Source: Gemmatimonadota bacterium
GTDB lineage: Bacteria; Latescibacterota; UBA2968; UBA8231
NCBI GenBank assembly: GCA_038153405.1
Contig: JAYOYH010000009.1
Span: 1,996-65,995 of the forward strand
Reading direction: 5' to 3'
DNA: 64,000 bases
Within the stretch, counting starts at the first letter, position 1. The number at the start of each line of letters is the position of its first letter. Under the pieces are notes generated by a model, which saw only the letters and a list, made by a program, of their open reading frames with translations, had not been told where the DNA came from and searched no databases. The translations under genes and the position numbers were made by a program. Below, piece after piece: positions 9,540-18,425 of the stretch.

Positions 9540-12233
9540 ATGTCTAAAAACAAACTCACGCCGGCAATGGAACAGTATGTGCACTTTAAGCGCCTGCACC
9601 AGGACGCCATTCTGTTTTTTCGCATGGGCGATTTTTACGAAATGTTTTTCGACGATGCCAAGGACGCTGCGCGCCTGCTTGGTCTAACGCTGACCGCGCG
9701 CAACCACGGCAAGACATCGGGCGATGTTCCGCTGGCTGGAGTGCCGCATCACGCCATGGAAACCTATCTGGCTAAGCTCGTTCAGATGGGGCGCAAGGTC
9801 GCCATATGTGAGCAGGTGGAAGACCCGAAACTGGCCAAAGGCGTCGTCAAGAGAGACGTAGTGCAGGTCGTATCGCCCGGCACCGCGCTGGCCGACTCGA
9901 TGCTAGACCAGCAGCGCAACAACTTTCTCGTAGGATTGGCGCTGCAGGCCGGTACGGCAGGCGTGGCCAGCGTCGATCTGTCGACCGGAGACTTCGTGCT
10001 CGACGAGGTTCCCGTCGAAGGGTTGGGCGACGCCCTCCAAGGCTTAGCGCCTGCAGAGTTGCTCCTTTCCGAGGGCGCCGATAGCGCCTGGGTCGAGCAG
10101 CTACAGCGCCTGCTGCCGCGCGCGGCGCTAAGCCGCATAGAAGACTGGCACTTTGAGCTGAGAGCGGCGAGCGACATGCTCTACGAACAGCTCAAAGTAC
10201 GCTCGCTAAAGGGGTTTGGCTGTGAAGATATGGACGCGGGCCTGCGCGCTGGCGGTGCCGTCATTGCCTATTTGCGCGATAACCAACGCGGCGCGGTCGA
10301 ACATATAAACCGCCTGCAGCGCCGGCGACGCGAAGACTATGCGTTGGTCGATGCCACTGCTCGGCGCAACTTGGAAATTCTCGGTAACCAACAGGACGGC
10401 GGCCGCGGCGGTTCGCTGCTCGAAGTGGTCGACCATACCTGTACGCCAATGGGGGCGCGCCTGCTGCGCCTGTGGCTCATACAGCCGTTGAAAAACGTAG
10501 CGGAAATAAACGGGCGACTCGATGCCGTAGAGGAAATGTGCCGCGCGCGTGACGTGCGTCGCGGCGTGCGCGCCCTGCTGCAGGGAGTCGGGGATTTAGA
10601 GCGCCTTATGGCGCGGATTTGCTGTCAGCGCGCCAACGCGCGCGACTTAGTCGCCTTGGCGACTTCCCTGGAAAAGCTGCCCGCTGTGCGCGCTGAACTG
10701 GGTGGGGCTGCGGCGAGTGTGCTGGTCGAATTGCGCGATCGAGAACTGCCCGACGTCGGCCAACTTGTCGACGTCATTCGCGCCAGCCTAGTCGATGAAC
10801 CGCCCGCCGTGCTGACGGAAGGTGGCCTAATTCGCGATGGCTTTGACCCGCGCGTCGACGAACTGCGTCAGATCAGCCGTGGCGGTAAGGATCTCATTGC
10901 TCAGATTCAGCATCGCGAGCGCGAGCGCACGGGTATTGCCTCGTTGAAAATTGGTTTTAACCAGGTCTTTGGCTATTACATCGAGGTGAGCAAAGCAAAC
11001 GCCGCGCGCGTTCCAGAAGACTACATCCGCAAGCAGACCTTGACCAATGCGGAGCGCTATATAACGCCAGAGCTGAAAGAGTACGAAGAGAAAGTGCTGG
11101 GGGCTGAAGATGCGCTCAAAGAATTGGAGAACAGCTTGTTTTTGCAGGTGCGCGAGCGCGTATCTGAGTGGACCACGCAGGTGCAGTGCATCGCGCGCGC
11201 GCTGGCGCGCATAGACTTGCTGTGTTCCTTTGCCGAACTGGCCGAAACGGAGCGCTACGTTCGACCGCGCGTCGATGAGAGCACGACGATTGAAATTAGC
11301 GAGGGGCGTCATCCCGTCGTCGAGCGCCAGCTGCGCGAGGGGCGCTTTGTGCCCAACGACGTCAGCATCGATGCCGACGCAGCGCAAATTTTACTTATCA
11401 CGGGACCCAATATGGCCGGCAAGAGCACGATCATTCGCCAAATTGGTTTGATTGCTCTATTGGCACAAGTGGGGTCTTTTGTTCCGGCGAAATCTGCGCA
11501 TATCGGCGTAGTGGATCGCATCTTTACGCGCGTCGGCGCATCCGATAACTTGGTCGGCGGCGAGAGCACCTTTATGGTCGAAATGAACGAGGCGGCCAAT
11601 ATTCTCAACAACGTCGGCGAGCGCAGCCTGATTCTAATGGATGAGCTGGGACGCGGAACGAGCACGTTTGACGGACTGAGTATTGCTTGGTCGATTATCG
11701 AATATTTGCATCAGCATGCGCCGTCGCGTCCGCGCACTCTCTTTGCGACCCATTATCACGAGATGACGGCGCTTGAGCAGCGACTGCCGCGCGTGAAAAA
11801 TTTCAATGTCGCCGTGCGCGAAGACGGCGATCGCGTGGTGTTTTTACATCGCCTTGCGCCGGGGCCGGCCGATCGTTCGTATGGAATCAACGTGGCGCAG
11901 ATGGCCGGTATGCCAGGCGATGTAGTCGCGCGCGCCAAGGAAATTCTCGCACGCCTAGAAAGCGATCAAATCGACGTCGAGCAAATTGATGCGCGCGGCC
12001 TTCGAGAGGTTTCATCTGATGAGCCGCGTTCTGCAGAGGGCGAAGCGGCCGCTGAACGCGGCGCCGAAGCCGAACAAAACGGCGCTGCTCCCACTTCGCA
12101 GCTCGAACTATTTCCGCTGGCCGCAGCTCCCTTTATAGACGAGCTGAAGAATATGAATCTGGGCCAGATCACGCCCCTGCAGGCGTTGATCAAGCTCAAC
12201 GAATGGCAGGAGTCGCTGCGCCGAGAGGACTAG
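9540..12233 (+). CDS. mutS: DNA mismatch repair protein MutS
   Basis: TPAMEQY, FRMGDFYEMF, TGPNMAGKST, DELGRGTST, ATHYHE, TPLQAL. Confidence 0.98.
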   Translation: MSKNKLTPAMEQYVHFKRLHQDAILFFRMGDFYEMFFDDAKDAARLLGLTLTARNHGKTSGDVPLAGVPHHAMETYLAKLVQMGRKVAICEQVEDPKLAKGVVKRDVVQVVSPGTALADSMLDQQRNNFLVGLALQAGTAGVASVDLSTGDFVLDEVPVEGLGDALQGLAPAELLLSEGADSAWVEQLQRLLPRAALSRIEDWHFELRAASDMLYEQLKVRSLKGFGCEDMDAGLRAGGAVIAYLRDNQRGAVEHINRLQRRRREDYALVDATARRNLEILGNQQDGGRGGSLLEVVDHTCTPMGARLLRLWLIQPLKNVAEINGRLDAVEEMCRARDVRRGVRALLQGVGDLERLMARICCQRANARDLVALATSLEKLPAVRAELGGAAASVLVELRDRELPDVGQLVDVIRASLVDEPPAVLTEGGLIRDGFDPRVDELRQISRGGKDLIAQIQHRERERTGIASLKIGFNQVFGYYIEVSKANAARVPEDYIRKQTLTNAERYITPELKEYEEKVLGAEDALKELENSLFLQVRERVSEWTTQVQCIARALARIDLLCSFAELAETERYVRPRVDESTTIEISEGRHPVVERQLREGRFVPNDVSIDADAAQILLITGPNMAGKSTIIRQIGLIALLAQVGSFVPAKSAHIGVVDRIFTRVGASDNLVGGESTFMVEMNEAANILNNVGERSLILMDELGRGTSTFDGLSIAWSIIEYLHQHAPSRPRTLFATHYHEMTALEQRLPRVKNFNVAVREDGDRVVFLHRLAPGPADRSYGINVAQMAGMPGDVVARAKEILARLESDQIDVEQIDARGLREVSSDEPRSAEGEAAAERGAEAEQNGAAPTSQLELFPLAAAPFIDELKNMNLGQITPLQALIKLNEWQESLRRED

Positions 12234-12288
12234 TGGCCGAAACGGCCTACGCCGGTGCAGTATACCTCAAATGGGAAAGGAAGTTGCC

Positions 12289-12762
12289 ATGCCTTCTCCG
12301 GCTGACCGCTTCACTCGTTTAGAAAAGATAGCCGTCTTCTTGATTGCAATGGGCGAGGAGCGCGCGCGCGATATTTTGGCCGACTTCGACTTGGCAACCA
12401 TCGAACAGATCAACGATACCATTGGCTTTTTGGGGGATATTACCGCACAGGAAAAGGCGGCGGTCATGATCGAGTTTGGCGATTTCTTCTACAACGACAA
12501 ACCGCTGTCATCCAAGCTGCACGACGCGCCCGCCCCAAAGCCCAAAATCGCAGGGCAAAAAAAACGCCCCATGGCGTCGGCGTCACAAAAGAAAAAGGCG
12601 CAGCATCAGGCTGCAGAGAGCGCGGTGAATTCGGCCGCCGAACAGGCCACTACCGACGCGTTGGACAAGCTCAAATCAAATGCTGGCAAAATAAACTGGA
12701 GCAAGGCGGGCTACGACTTTGGCGATGGCTTTAAGGGGGCGTCGGGTGAGGGACGCCGCTAA
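12289..12762 (+). CDS. Hypothetical protein with FliG N-terminal-like domain
   Basis: GAAAGGAAG before ATG 12289. 'LEKIAVFLIAMGEERARDIL...IEQI...LGDIT..EK.AVMIEF' resembles FliG_N, followed by a Lys/Ala/Pro-rich linker. Confidence 0.65.
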   Translation: MPSPADRFTRLEKIAVFLIAMGEERARDILADFDLATIEQINDTIGFLGDITAQEKAAVMIEFGDFFYNDKPLSSKLHDAPAPKPKIAGQKKRPMASASQKKKAQHQAAESAVNSAAEQATTDALDKLKSNAGKINWSKAGYDFGDGFKGASGEGRR

Positions 12763-12881
12763 TCGGCATCTGCCGTCGCCAGCAGGCCTATTTCCTGTGC
12801 TCGCTCTACGAGAGCGCGGCCAATAAGGGCAAGGGTGCCCAAGGCGAGGACGAGTTGGATCAACAAGTAGGTCGTACTCAC
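12759..12881 (-). CDS. Small 40-aa single-pass membrane protein (absent from ORF track)
   Basis: AAGGGAG SD 6 nt before GTG; MSTTYLLIQLVLALGTLALIGRALVERAQEIGLLATADAD*. Stop overlaps the convergent gene's stop. Confidence 0.6.
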   Translation of the reverse strand: MSTTYLLIQLVLALGTLALIGRALVERAQEIGLLATADAD

Positions 12882-13054
12882 ATCATTCTCCCTTAGCAAA
12901 CGGTTATAGCCATTTTCCAGCAAAGCCTGCGCCAGAGTGTCGCAAATCCCCCAAGTTGTTTAAATTCAGCAAGTAATACTTTTTTTCTTCGCTGGGCATT
13001 CGCCTGCGGGCGGAAAAATAATCTGCTGCCGAGCGAGCCCGTTCCGACGGATCC

Positions 13055-13795
13055 ATGGACGATATAGATCAAGACATCATCTGGGGTCGCCACCCGGTAC
13101 TGGAGGCGCTGCGTTCGTCTAGTCCCGTGCAGCGCTTGCTCTTGGCCGACGGAGGGCGCGGCGACGTCGTAGACGAGATCTTTGCCCTGGCGCGCCAGGC
13201 CCAAATTCCCTACGACGTGCGCGATCGCGCATTTCTCGATCGCATTGCCGGGGCGCGCCACCAGGGCGTTATCGCCTATATGGCGGCGCGGGCCTATGCT
13301 GATTTCGATGCCGTATTGGAGAGCGTTGATCGAGAGTGCGGCTTTCTCGTTTTCCTCGACCAGATACAGGATCCACACAATCTAGGGGCTATTGTGCGCA
13401 GTGCCCATGCCGTCGGGGCGGATGCCGTAGTGCTGCCGCGCCGCGGTGCGTGTGGGCTGACCGCGTCAGCGGTTAAGGCGGCCGCCGGTGCTGCCGAACA
13501 CGTGCCGATATGCCGGGTCGACAACGTGCAAAAAGCGCTGCAGAAAGTGCGCGATATCGGTGCGTGGACCATCGGTCTAGATGCGCAGGGCGATACGGGT
13601 TTTACCGCCGTTGACTACCGTAAGGCCTGCGCGCTGGTCGTCGGCAGCGAAGGGCGTGGGCTGCGTCGCATGGTTGCCGAGCGCTGCGACTTCCTCGTTT
13701 CGATTCCCATGGCGCGCAGCGAGGTCGGTTCGCTCAATGCTTCGGTGGCGGCCGGCATTGTGCTCTACGAAGTGTACCGCCAACGGCACTCATGA
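13055..13795 (+). CDS. rlmB: 23S rRNA 2'-O-methyltransferase RlmB (TrmH/SpoU family)
   Basis: GRHPVLEAL, HQGVIA, DQIQDPHNLGAIVRSA, GSEGRGL, SLNASVAAGI. Confidence 0.93.
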   Translation: MDDIDQDIIWGRHPVLEALRSSSPVQRLLLADGGRGDVVDEIFALARQAQIPYDVRDRAFLDRIAGARHQGVIAYMAARAYADFDAVLESVDRECGFLVFLDQIQDPHNLGAIVRSAHAVGADAVVLPRRGACGLTASAVKAAAGAAEHVPICRVDNVQKALQKVRDIGAWTIGLDAQGDTGFTAVDYRKACALVVGSEGRGLRRMVAERCDFLVSIPMARSEVGSLNASVAAGIVLYEVYRQRHS

Positions 13796-16149
13796 AGTGG
13801 ATTTTGCCGCTGGTCTTGCTGGGGGCCGTGCTGGTAAAAAATGGGCGTGCGCAAGACGACCTACAGTTGGCGCGGCAGCTGTTGGAACCGTCGCAGCGCG
13901 GCGCGGAGAAGAGCGGTTTCACGTATCGAGCTCAGTACATGATGTACTATGAGGAGGGCGATTCGCTCGTTCTGCAGGGCGATGCCGTCGTCGAGCACAA
14001 AGGGGCCGTGCTCGAAGCGGCGCGCATGGTGTACTATCGCACACTCGATTTGGTCGAGGCGTACAGCGCCGTCGATAGCAGCGGCGCTGCCGCAGGGCTG
14101 CCGGTGCTCAAGCGCGACAAAGAAGTGCTGCGCGGAGAACGCATCGTCTACGATTTGAAAAATGAGCGCGGCGTCATTCGCTCCGGCCGGATTCAGCGCG
14201 ACAAGGGGTACTATGCTGGACGAGAGATTCAGACGCGCACGGACGATGAGTTTCACGTGCGCGAGGGTTCCTACACGACATGTGATTTGCCGGCCCCGCA
14301 CTTCGACTTTTACAGCCCGCGCATCAAGGTCATGGTCGACGATCTGGCCATTGCGCGCCCGGTGTATCTGCGCGTTAAGGAGCGGCGCCTGCTGTGGATT
14401 CCCTTCTTTGTGTTCTCGCTCGGAGAAAATAGGCGCTCTGGGATCTTAACGCCGGGCTACGGCCGTCGACCGCTGCGCTATGGCAGCGACCTCAGCGAGT
14501 GGGAGGTGCGCGATCTTGGCTACTATATTGCGCCCAACGATTATTGGGACGCTACGGCGGCCATGGATTTGCGCCAGCGCTCTGGCTGGCTCGGTAGCCT
14601 GCAGTTGAATTACGCGCTGCGCTATCGCTTTAACGGGCGGATCAATGCTCGAATGGAAAATCGCCAGAGCGGTTCGGCCGCGGAGCGCAACTGGCGCCTC
14701 GAGTTTAACCACAGTCAGCAGTTGTCCGCCGATGCCACTATCCGTGCTTCGGGTACATTTCAGAGCAATAAGAGTTTTGGCTTGGACAACAGCGCTAGTC
14801 TGGACGAGCGCCTCAATCGCACACTGCGTTCGAATTTTAGCTACAGCAAGCGCTTTCGCGACTCGGGTAATAGCGTTTCGCTCAATGCGAGCCAGACGAA
14901 AAACCTCGATTCGGAGACGTATGATACCGTGCTGCCGGAGTTGAGCTTTCGCAAGGGCCGACAGCCTGTTTGGGGCGCGGATGATGGCGATGCCAAATCC
15001 GGTGAGCAGCGGTGGTTTCGGCGCATTTACTACGACGGCAGTGCGCGGCTGCGCAACGCGGAGCGGGGTACGGTGCGCGATACGGTGCAAACCACCAGCG
15101 CGGACTTGGGTATGCGCGTCACAGCGCAGTACCAGCCGCTCAACTGGCTCAATATAAACCCATCGATAGACGCATCGTGGCGCGATGCCGACTTGCGCAG
15201 TGCCGCTGCCAAGGGCGTGCGCGACGATCGCTTGGGCACGCGGATGGGCCTCAGCCAGACGCTCTACGGCCTTTTTCAGCCACAATGGGGACCGTTGGTT
15301 GCGCTGCGGCATGTGTTAAAGCCGGCGCTCAATCTAAACTATCAGGCTGCGCGACAGACCAGCGGTGGGCTGCTGGGCATTGGCGGTCAGGGCGGTGAGT
15401 GGAAGCAGACGCGCCGACTGGATGTGCGCTTGGACAACACGCTATGGGCCAAGCTGCAGCGCGGCGAAGAAGAGCACAAAGTGAGAGTCGCTCAGCTTAA
15501 TATTTCTACCGCTTACGATATAGAAGAGGACGAGCGTCCGCTAGACGACCTCGTTGGCAGCTTGAGCGTTGAGGCCGGTCGCTATCTAAGTTCGCGCCTG
15601 AGCGTGCGATCTGCGTGGTATAATGATAGTGGGCAGTTGGGTTTGCAGGTGCCGCGTCAATTCGAGGTGCGCACCTCGCTCGATTTTTCGCAGCGCGGCG
15701 GTTCCCATCGGAACCGCGTTGCCGATGGGCGCGATTCGGGATACGAAGGAAGCACGGGTGGTTACGGTTTTGAGAGTGGGCTCAACGGCGATATAGATGC
15801 CCGTGCGCGCGGGCGCCGTTTGCAGTTCAGTCATTACTACGCGCGTCAGCGCACGGGCACGTCGGTTACCAAGCGCTCTTGGCTGCGTTTAGGAACTGGC
15901 TTGGGTCTGGGTGACAAGTGGAATGTGGAGTACTCGCTAAACTACGCGCTGCGTGCTCCCGGCATCGCGCTGTTTTCCACCGAGCGCGTTACGTCGGAAC
16001 TGCTGTCGCTGCAGCGCCGCTTTCACGATTGGACGGCGACGTTCAATATCGAGCCCAGCCGCTTTCACGAGACGCGCGCATTCTATTTTAAGGCGCAGTT
16101 TAACGATATACCGCAAATAAAAATCGAGCGTGGCGATGCGCGGTTCTAG
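13792..16149 (+). CDS. lptD: LptD-like LPS-assembly outer-membrane beta-barrel
   Basis: Signal peptide, OstA-like N-terminus, GSYTTCD..PHF, RRSGILTP, beta-strand-rich C-terminus. Confidence 0.75.
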   Translation: MKWILPLVLLGAVLVKNGRAQDDLQLARQLLEPSQRGAEKSGFTYRAQYMMYYEEGDSLVLQGDAVVEHKGAVLEAARMVYYRTLDLVEAYSAVDSSGAAAGLPVLKRDKEVLRGERIVYDLKNERGVIRSGRIQRDKGYYAGREIQTRTDDEFHVREGSYTTCDLPAPHFDFYSPRIKVMVDDLAIARPVYLRVKERRLLWIPFFVFSLGENRRSGILTPGYGRRPLRYGSDLSEWEVRDLGYYIAPNDYWDATAAMDLRQRSGWLGSLQLNYALRYRFNGRINARMENRQSGSAAERNWRLEFNHSQQLSADATIRASGTFQSNKSFGLDNSASLDERLNRTLRSNFSYSKRFRDSGNSVSLNASQTKNLDSETYDTVLPELSFRKGRQPVWGADDGDAKSGEQRWFRRIYYDGSARLRNAERGTVRDTVQTTSADLGMRVTAQYQPLNWLNINPSIDASWRDADLRSAAAKGVRDDRLGTRMGLSQTLYGLFQPQWGPLVALRHVLKPALNLNYQAARQTSGGLLGIGGQGGEWKQTRRLDVRLDNTLWAKLQRGEEEHKVRVAQLNISTAYDIEEDERPLDDLVGSLSVEAGRYLSSRLSVRSAWYNDSGQLGLQVPRQFEVRTSLDFSQRGGSHRNRVADGRDSGYEGSTGGYGFESGLNGDIDARARGRRLQFSHYYARQRTGTSVTKRSWLRLGTGLGLGDKWNVEYSLNYALRAPGIALFSTERVTSELLSLQRRFHDWTATFNIEPSRFHETRAFYFKAQFNDIPQIKIERGDARF

Positions 16150-16204
16150 GGGAATGGTGGCCGACGGTGACCGCTCTGTTGAGTAGAGGCGTGTAGAAAA
16201 GACT

Positions 16205-16648
16205 ATGAGAGTAGTTGTTCAGCGCGTTAGGCGCGGGCGGGTGAGCGTAGCAGGCGCAGTCGTTGGAGAAATTGGCCTAGGAGTTGTGCTGCTGGTTGGG
16301 ATACACCGCGACGACGATGAAGCGGCCGTGCGCTTCTGTGTCGAAAAATGCGCACATTTGCGTATCTTTGCCGATGGGGAGGGCAAGATGAATCGCTCCG
16401 TTCTCGACGTTGGTGGTGCAGTTTTAGCCATCTCACAGTTCACTTTATACGGCGACTGTCGCAAGGGCCGGCGTCCCGGATTTGATGCGGCGGCGCGTCC
16501 AGAGCACGCCAGAGCGCTCTACGATCAGTTTGTCCACCTGCTTTCCGAACAGGGCCTCGCTGTTGAATGCGGCGTGTTTGGCGCCGATATGCAGGTGGAT
16601 ATTCACAACGATGGTCCCGTAACCCTGCTCGTGGAGTCGCCGACGTGA
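16205..16648 (+). CDS. dtd: D-aminoacyl-tRNA deacylase
   Basis: MRVVVQRV, SQFTL, GRRP, FGADMQV, NDGPVT. Confidence 0.97.
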   Translation: MRVVVQRVRRGRVSVAGAVVGEIGLGVVLLVGIHRDDDEAAVRFCVEKCAHLRIFADGEGKMNRSVLDVGGAVLAISQFTLYGDCRKGRRPGFDAAARPEHARALYDQFVHLLSEQGLAVECGVFGADMQVDIHNDGPVTLLVESPT

Positions 16649-17274
16649 TGCATCTGGTTCTGGCATCGGCCTCGCCGCGCCGCGCCGAACTGCTGCGGCA
16701 AATTGAGCTGTCATTTGCCATTGAGCCGAGCCCAGCACCCGAGCCGCTGCCCGACGGTCGGCCTCCCGAAGCGTTTGTCGCACATTCGGCAGAGAGCAAG
16801 GCGCGCTGCGTATACCAGTTGCTTTGCCAACGGGGCACGGCCGCCGACGCCATTGTAATTGGAGCCGATACCATCGTCTGCGTCGACGGTGCTATTTTGG
16901 GCAAGCCGGTTGACGCGGCGCATGCGGCGCACATGCTGCGTCAGCTGTCGGGACGCAGGCATCGAGTGTATACGGGGCTGAGTTTGATTAGCGCGTGGAA
17001 TGAGTGCGGCGGTTGTGAGGCGACATCGGTCGATATGCGCGTGCTGACGGACGCCGATATCGACGCCTATGTATCCAGCGGAGAGCCGCTGGACAAGGCC
17101 GGTGCCTACGGTATACAGGGGCGCGCGGCGCGTTTTATTGAATCGATAGTGGGTTGTTATTATAATGTTGTGGGGTTGCCTTTGGCCCGTTTATGTGTGC
17201 TCTTGGGCGATATGGGCTACGATGTAACGGCTGCGGTACGCGCTGATGGCGGACGAGAAAAAGAAGCATTATGA
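16648..17274 (+). CDS. maf: Maf-family nucleoside triphosphate pyrophosphatase
   Basis: LVLASASPRRAELL, IGADTIV, ILGKP, DKAGAYGIQG, NVVGLP. TGATG coupling. Confidence 0.95.
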   Translation: MHLVLASASPRRAELLRQIELSFAIEPSPAPEPLPDGRPPEAFVAHSAESKARCVYQLLCQRGTAADAIVIGADTIVCVDGAILGKPVDAAHAAHMLRQLSGRRHRVYTGLSLISAWNECGGCEATSVDMRVLTDADIDAYVSSGEPLDKAGAYGIQGRAARFIESIVGCYYNVVGLPLARLCVLLGDMGYDVTAAVRADGGREKEAL

Positions 17275-18425
17275 GCGAAAATGAAAGCGATAGCATAGAG
17301 CATCAGTTGCTAACTGCGCGCCATGAGAAGGGCGTGGAACTATCGGATGTGCACCGCGCGACCGGCGTCAGTCCGTCCGTCTTGGCCGGGTTAGAATCGG
17401 GTGCGTTTGACGTCGTCGAACCGGTGTTTACGCGCCTAGCCCTCAGCGCGTATGTGGATTTTCTCGGGTTGGACAAGCCGGCGATACTGCGCCAATACGA
17501 TGAACGCTGCGGCGCGGTGTCGAAGCGCGTGCAGGTCAATGCCGTGCAGCCGAGCGCCCAGCGCGCACCGCGGGTGGAAAGGGCGCTTGATATGGGTGCT
17601 CTGCGCGTCGTTGCCGTCGCCGCTGGCGCACTGGTCCTGCTGCTGTTGGTCATTGCGCTGATGGACGACGAGGGAGACCGCGAAGCGTTGGCTGCGGCAC
17701 AGAGCGAGCGGGGAGCTGTGCCTGCTGCGACAACGGCGCGTCCACCGACGTCTGCCGTGCCTAGTGGCCCGCTAGCTCAAACGGAGCGCGACCGCTCCCG
17801 ATCGATCGCACGGGTGGACAAAGCGCCCGAATCAGCAGCCGATGCCGAAGTGCAGATGGCCGTTGAGTCTGAGTCGGCGGAACTGGTCGCTGAGGCCGCG
17901 ATTGCGACGGAGGAAGCGCCTGTTTCAGAGGAAGAAGATACGACGGAAGAAGCGCCTAGTGTAGGGGTCGCCGTTGCGGCCGAGGCAGAGGGAACTGCAC
18001 AAGCGGTCCGTTTACCGGGCGATGAGGCGGCGCTTGTGCCGGCGGCGCTCGAAGCGCGGGATGGGAGCGCTGGCGTTTCGGATGAGCGCGTCGCTGTAGC
18101 AAACGAGCTGCAGGCCGCCGCCGGTGGGGAGCTGGTGCTGGAAATCGAGGCGATTGATTCGACTTGGGTGCAGGTCAAATGGGACGAGTCCGGTCTCTTT
18201 GACGCCATCGTGGCACCTGGTTCAGTGCACCGCTGGGAGGCCAGCGATGCGTTCATCGTCCACTCGGGACGCGCGCACGGATTGCGCTACACGTTTCAGG
18301 GAGAATTATTGGGCAAAGGCGCGCTGGGCGAGGCGACGAAAGTGCTGCGTTTTCGCGCCGATGCCAGCGGGGTCATTCTGTTAGACCGCGACTTTCGGCC
18401 TCTGCTATCCAACGCCCAGCCATGA
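17271..18425 (+). CDS. RodZ-like protein (HTH, TM, low-complexity linker, DUF4115-like domain)
   Basis: N-terminal HTH_25-like (LAGLESG...YVDFLGLD), one TM, C-terminal 'LEIEAIDSTWVQV'. Confidence 0.75.
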   Translation: MSENESDSIEHQLLTARHEKGVELSDVHRATGVSPSVLAGLESGAFDVVEPVFTRLALSAYVDFLGLDKPAILRQYDERCGAVSKRVQVNAVQPSAQRAPRVERALDMGALRVVAVAAGALVLLLLVIALMDDEGDREALAAAQSERGAVPAATTARPPTSAVPSGPLAQTERDRSRSIARVDKAPESAADAEVQMAVESESAELVAEAAIATEEAPVSEEEDTTEEAPSVGVAVAAEAEGTAQAVRLPGDEAALVPAALEARDGSAGVSDERVAVANELQAAAGGELVLEIEAIDSTWVQVKWDESGLFDAIVAPGSVHRWEASDAFIVHSGRAHGLRYTFQGELLGKGALGEATKVLRFRADASGVILLDRDFRPLLSNAQP

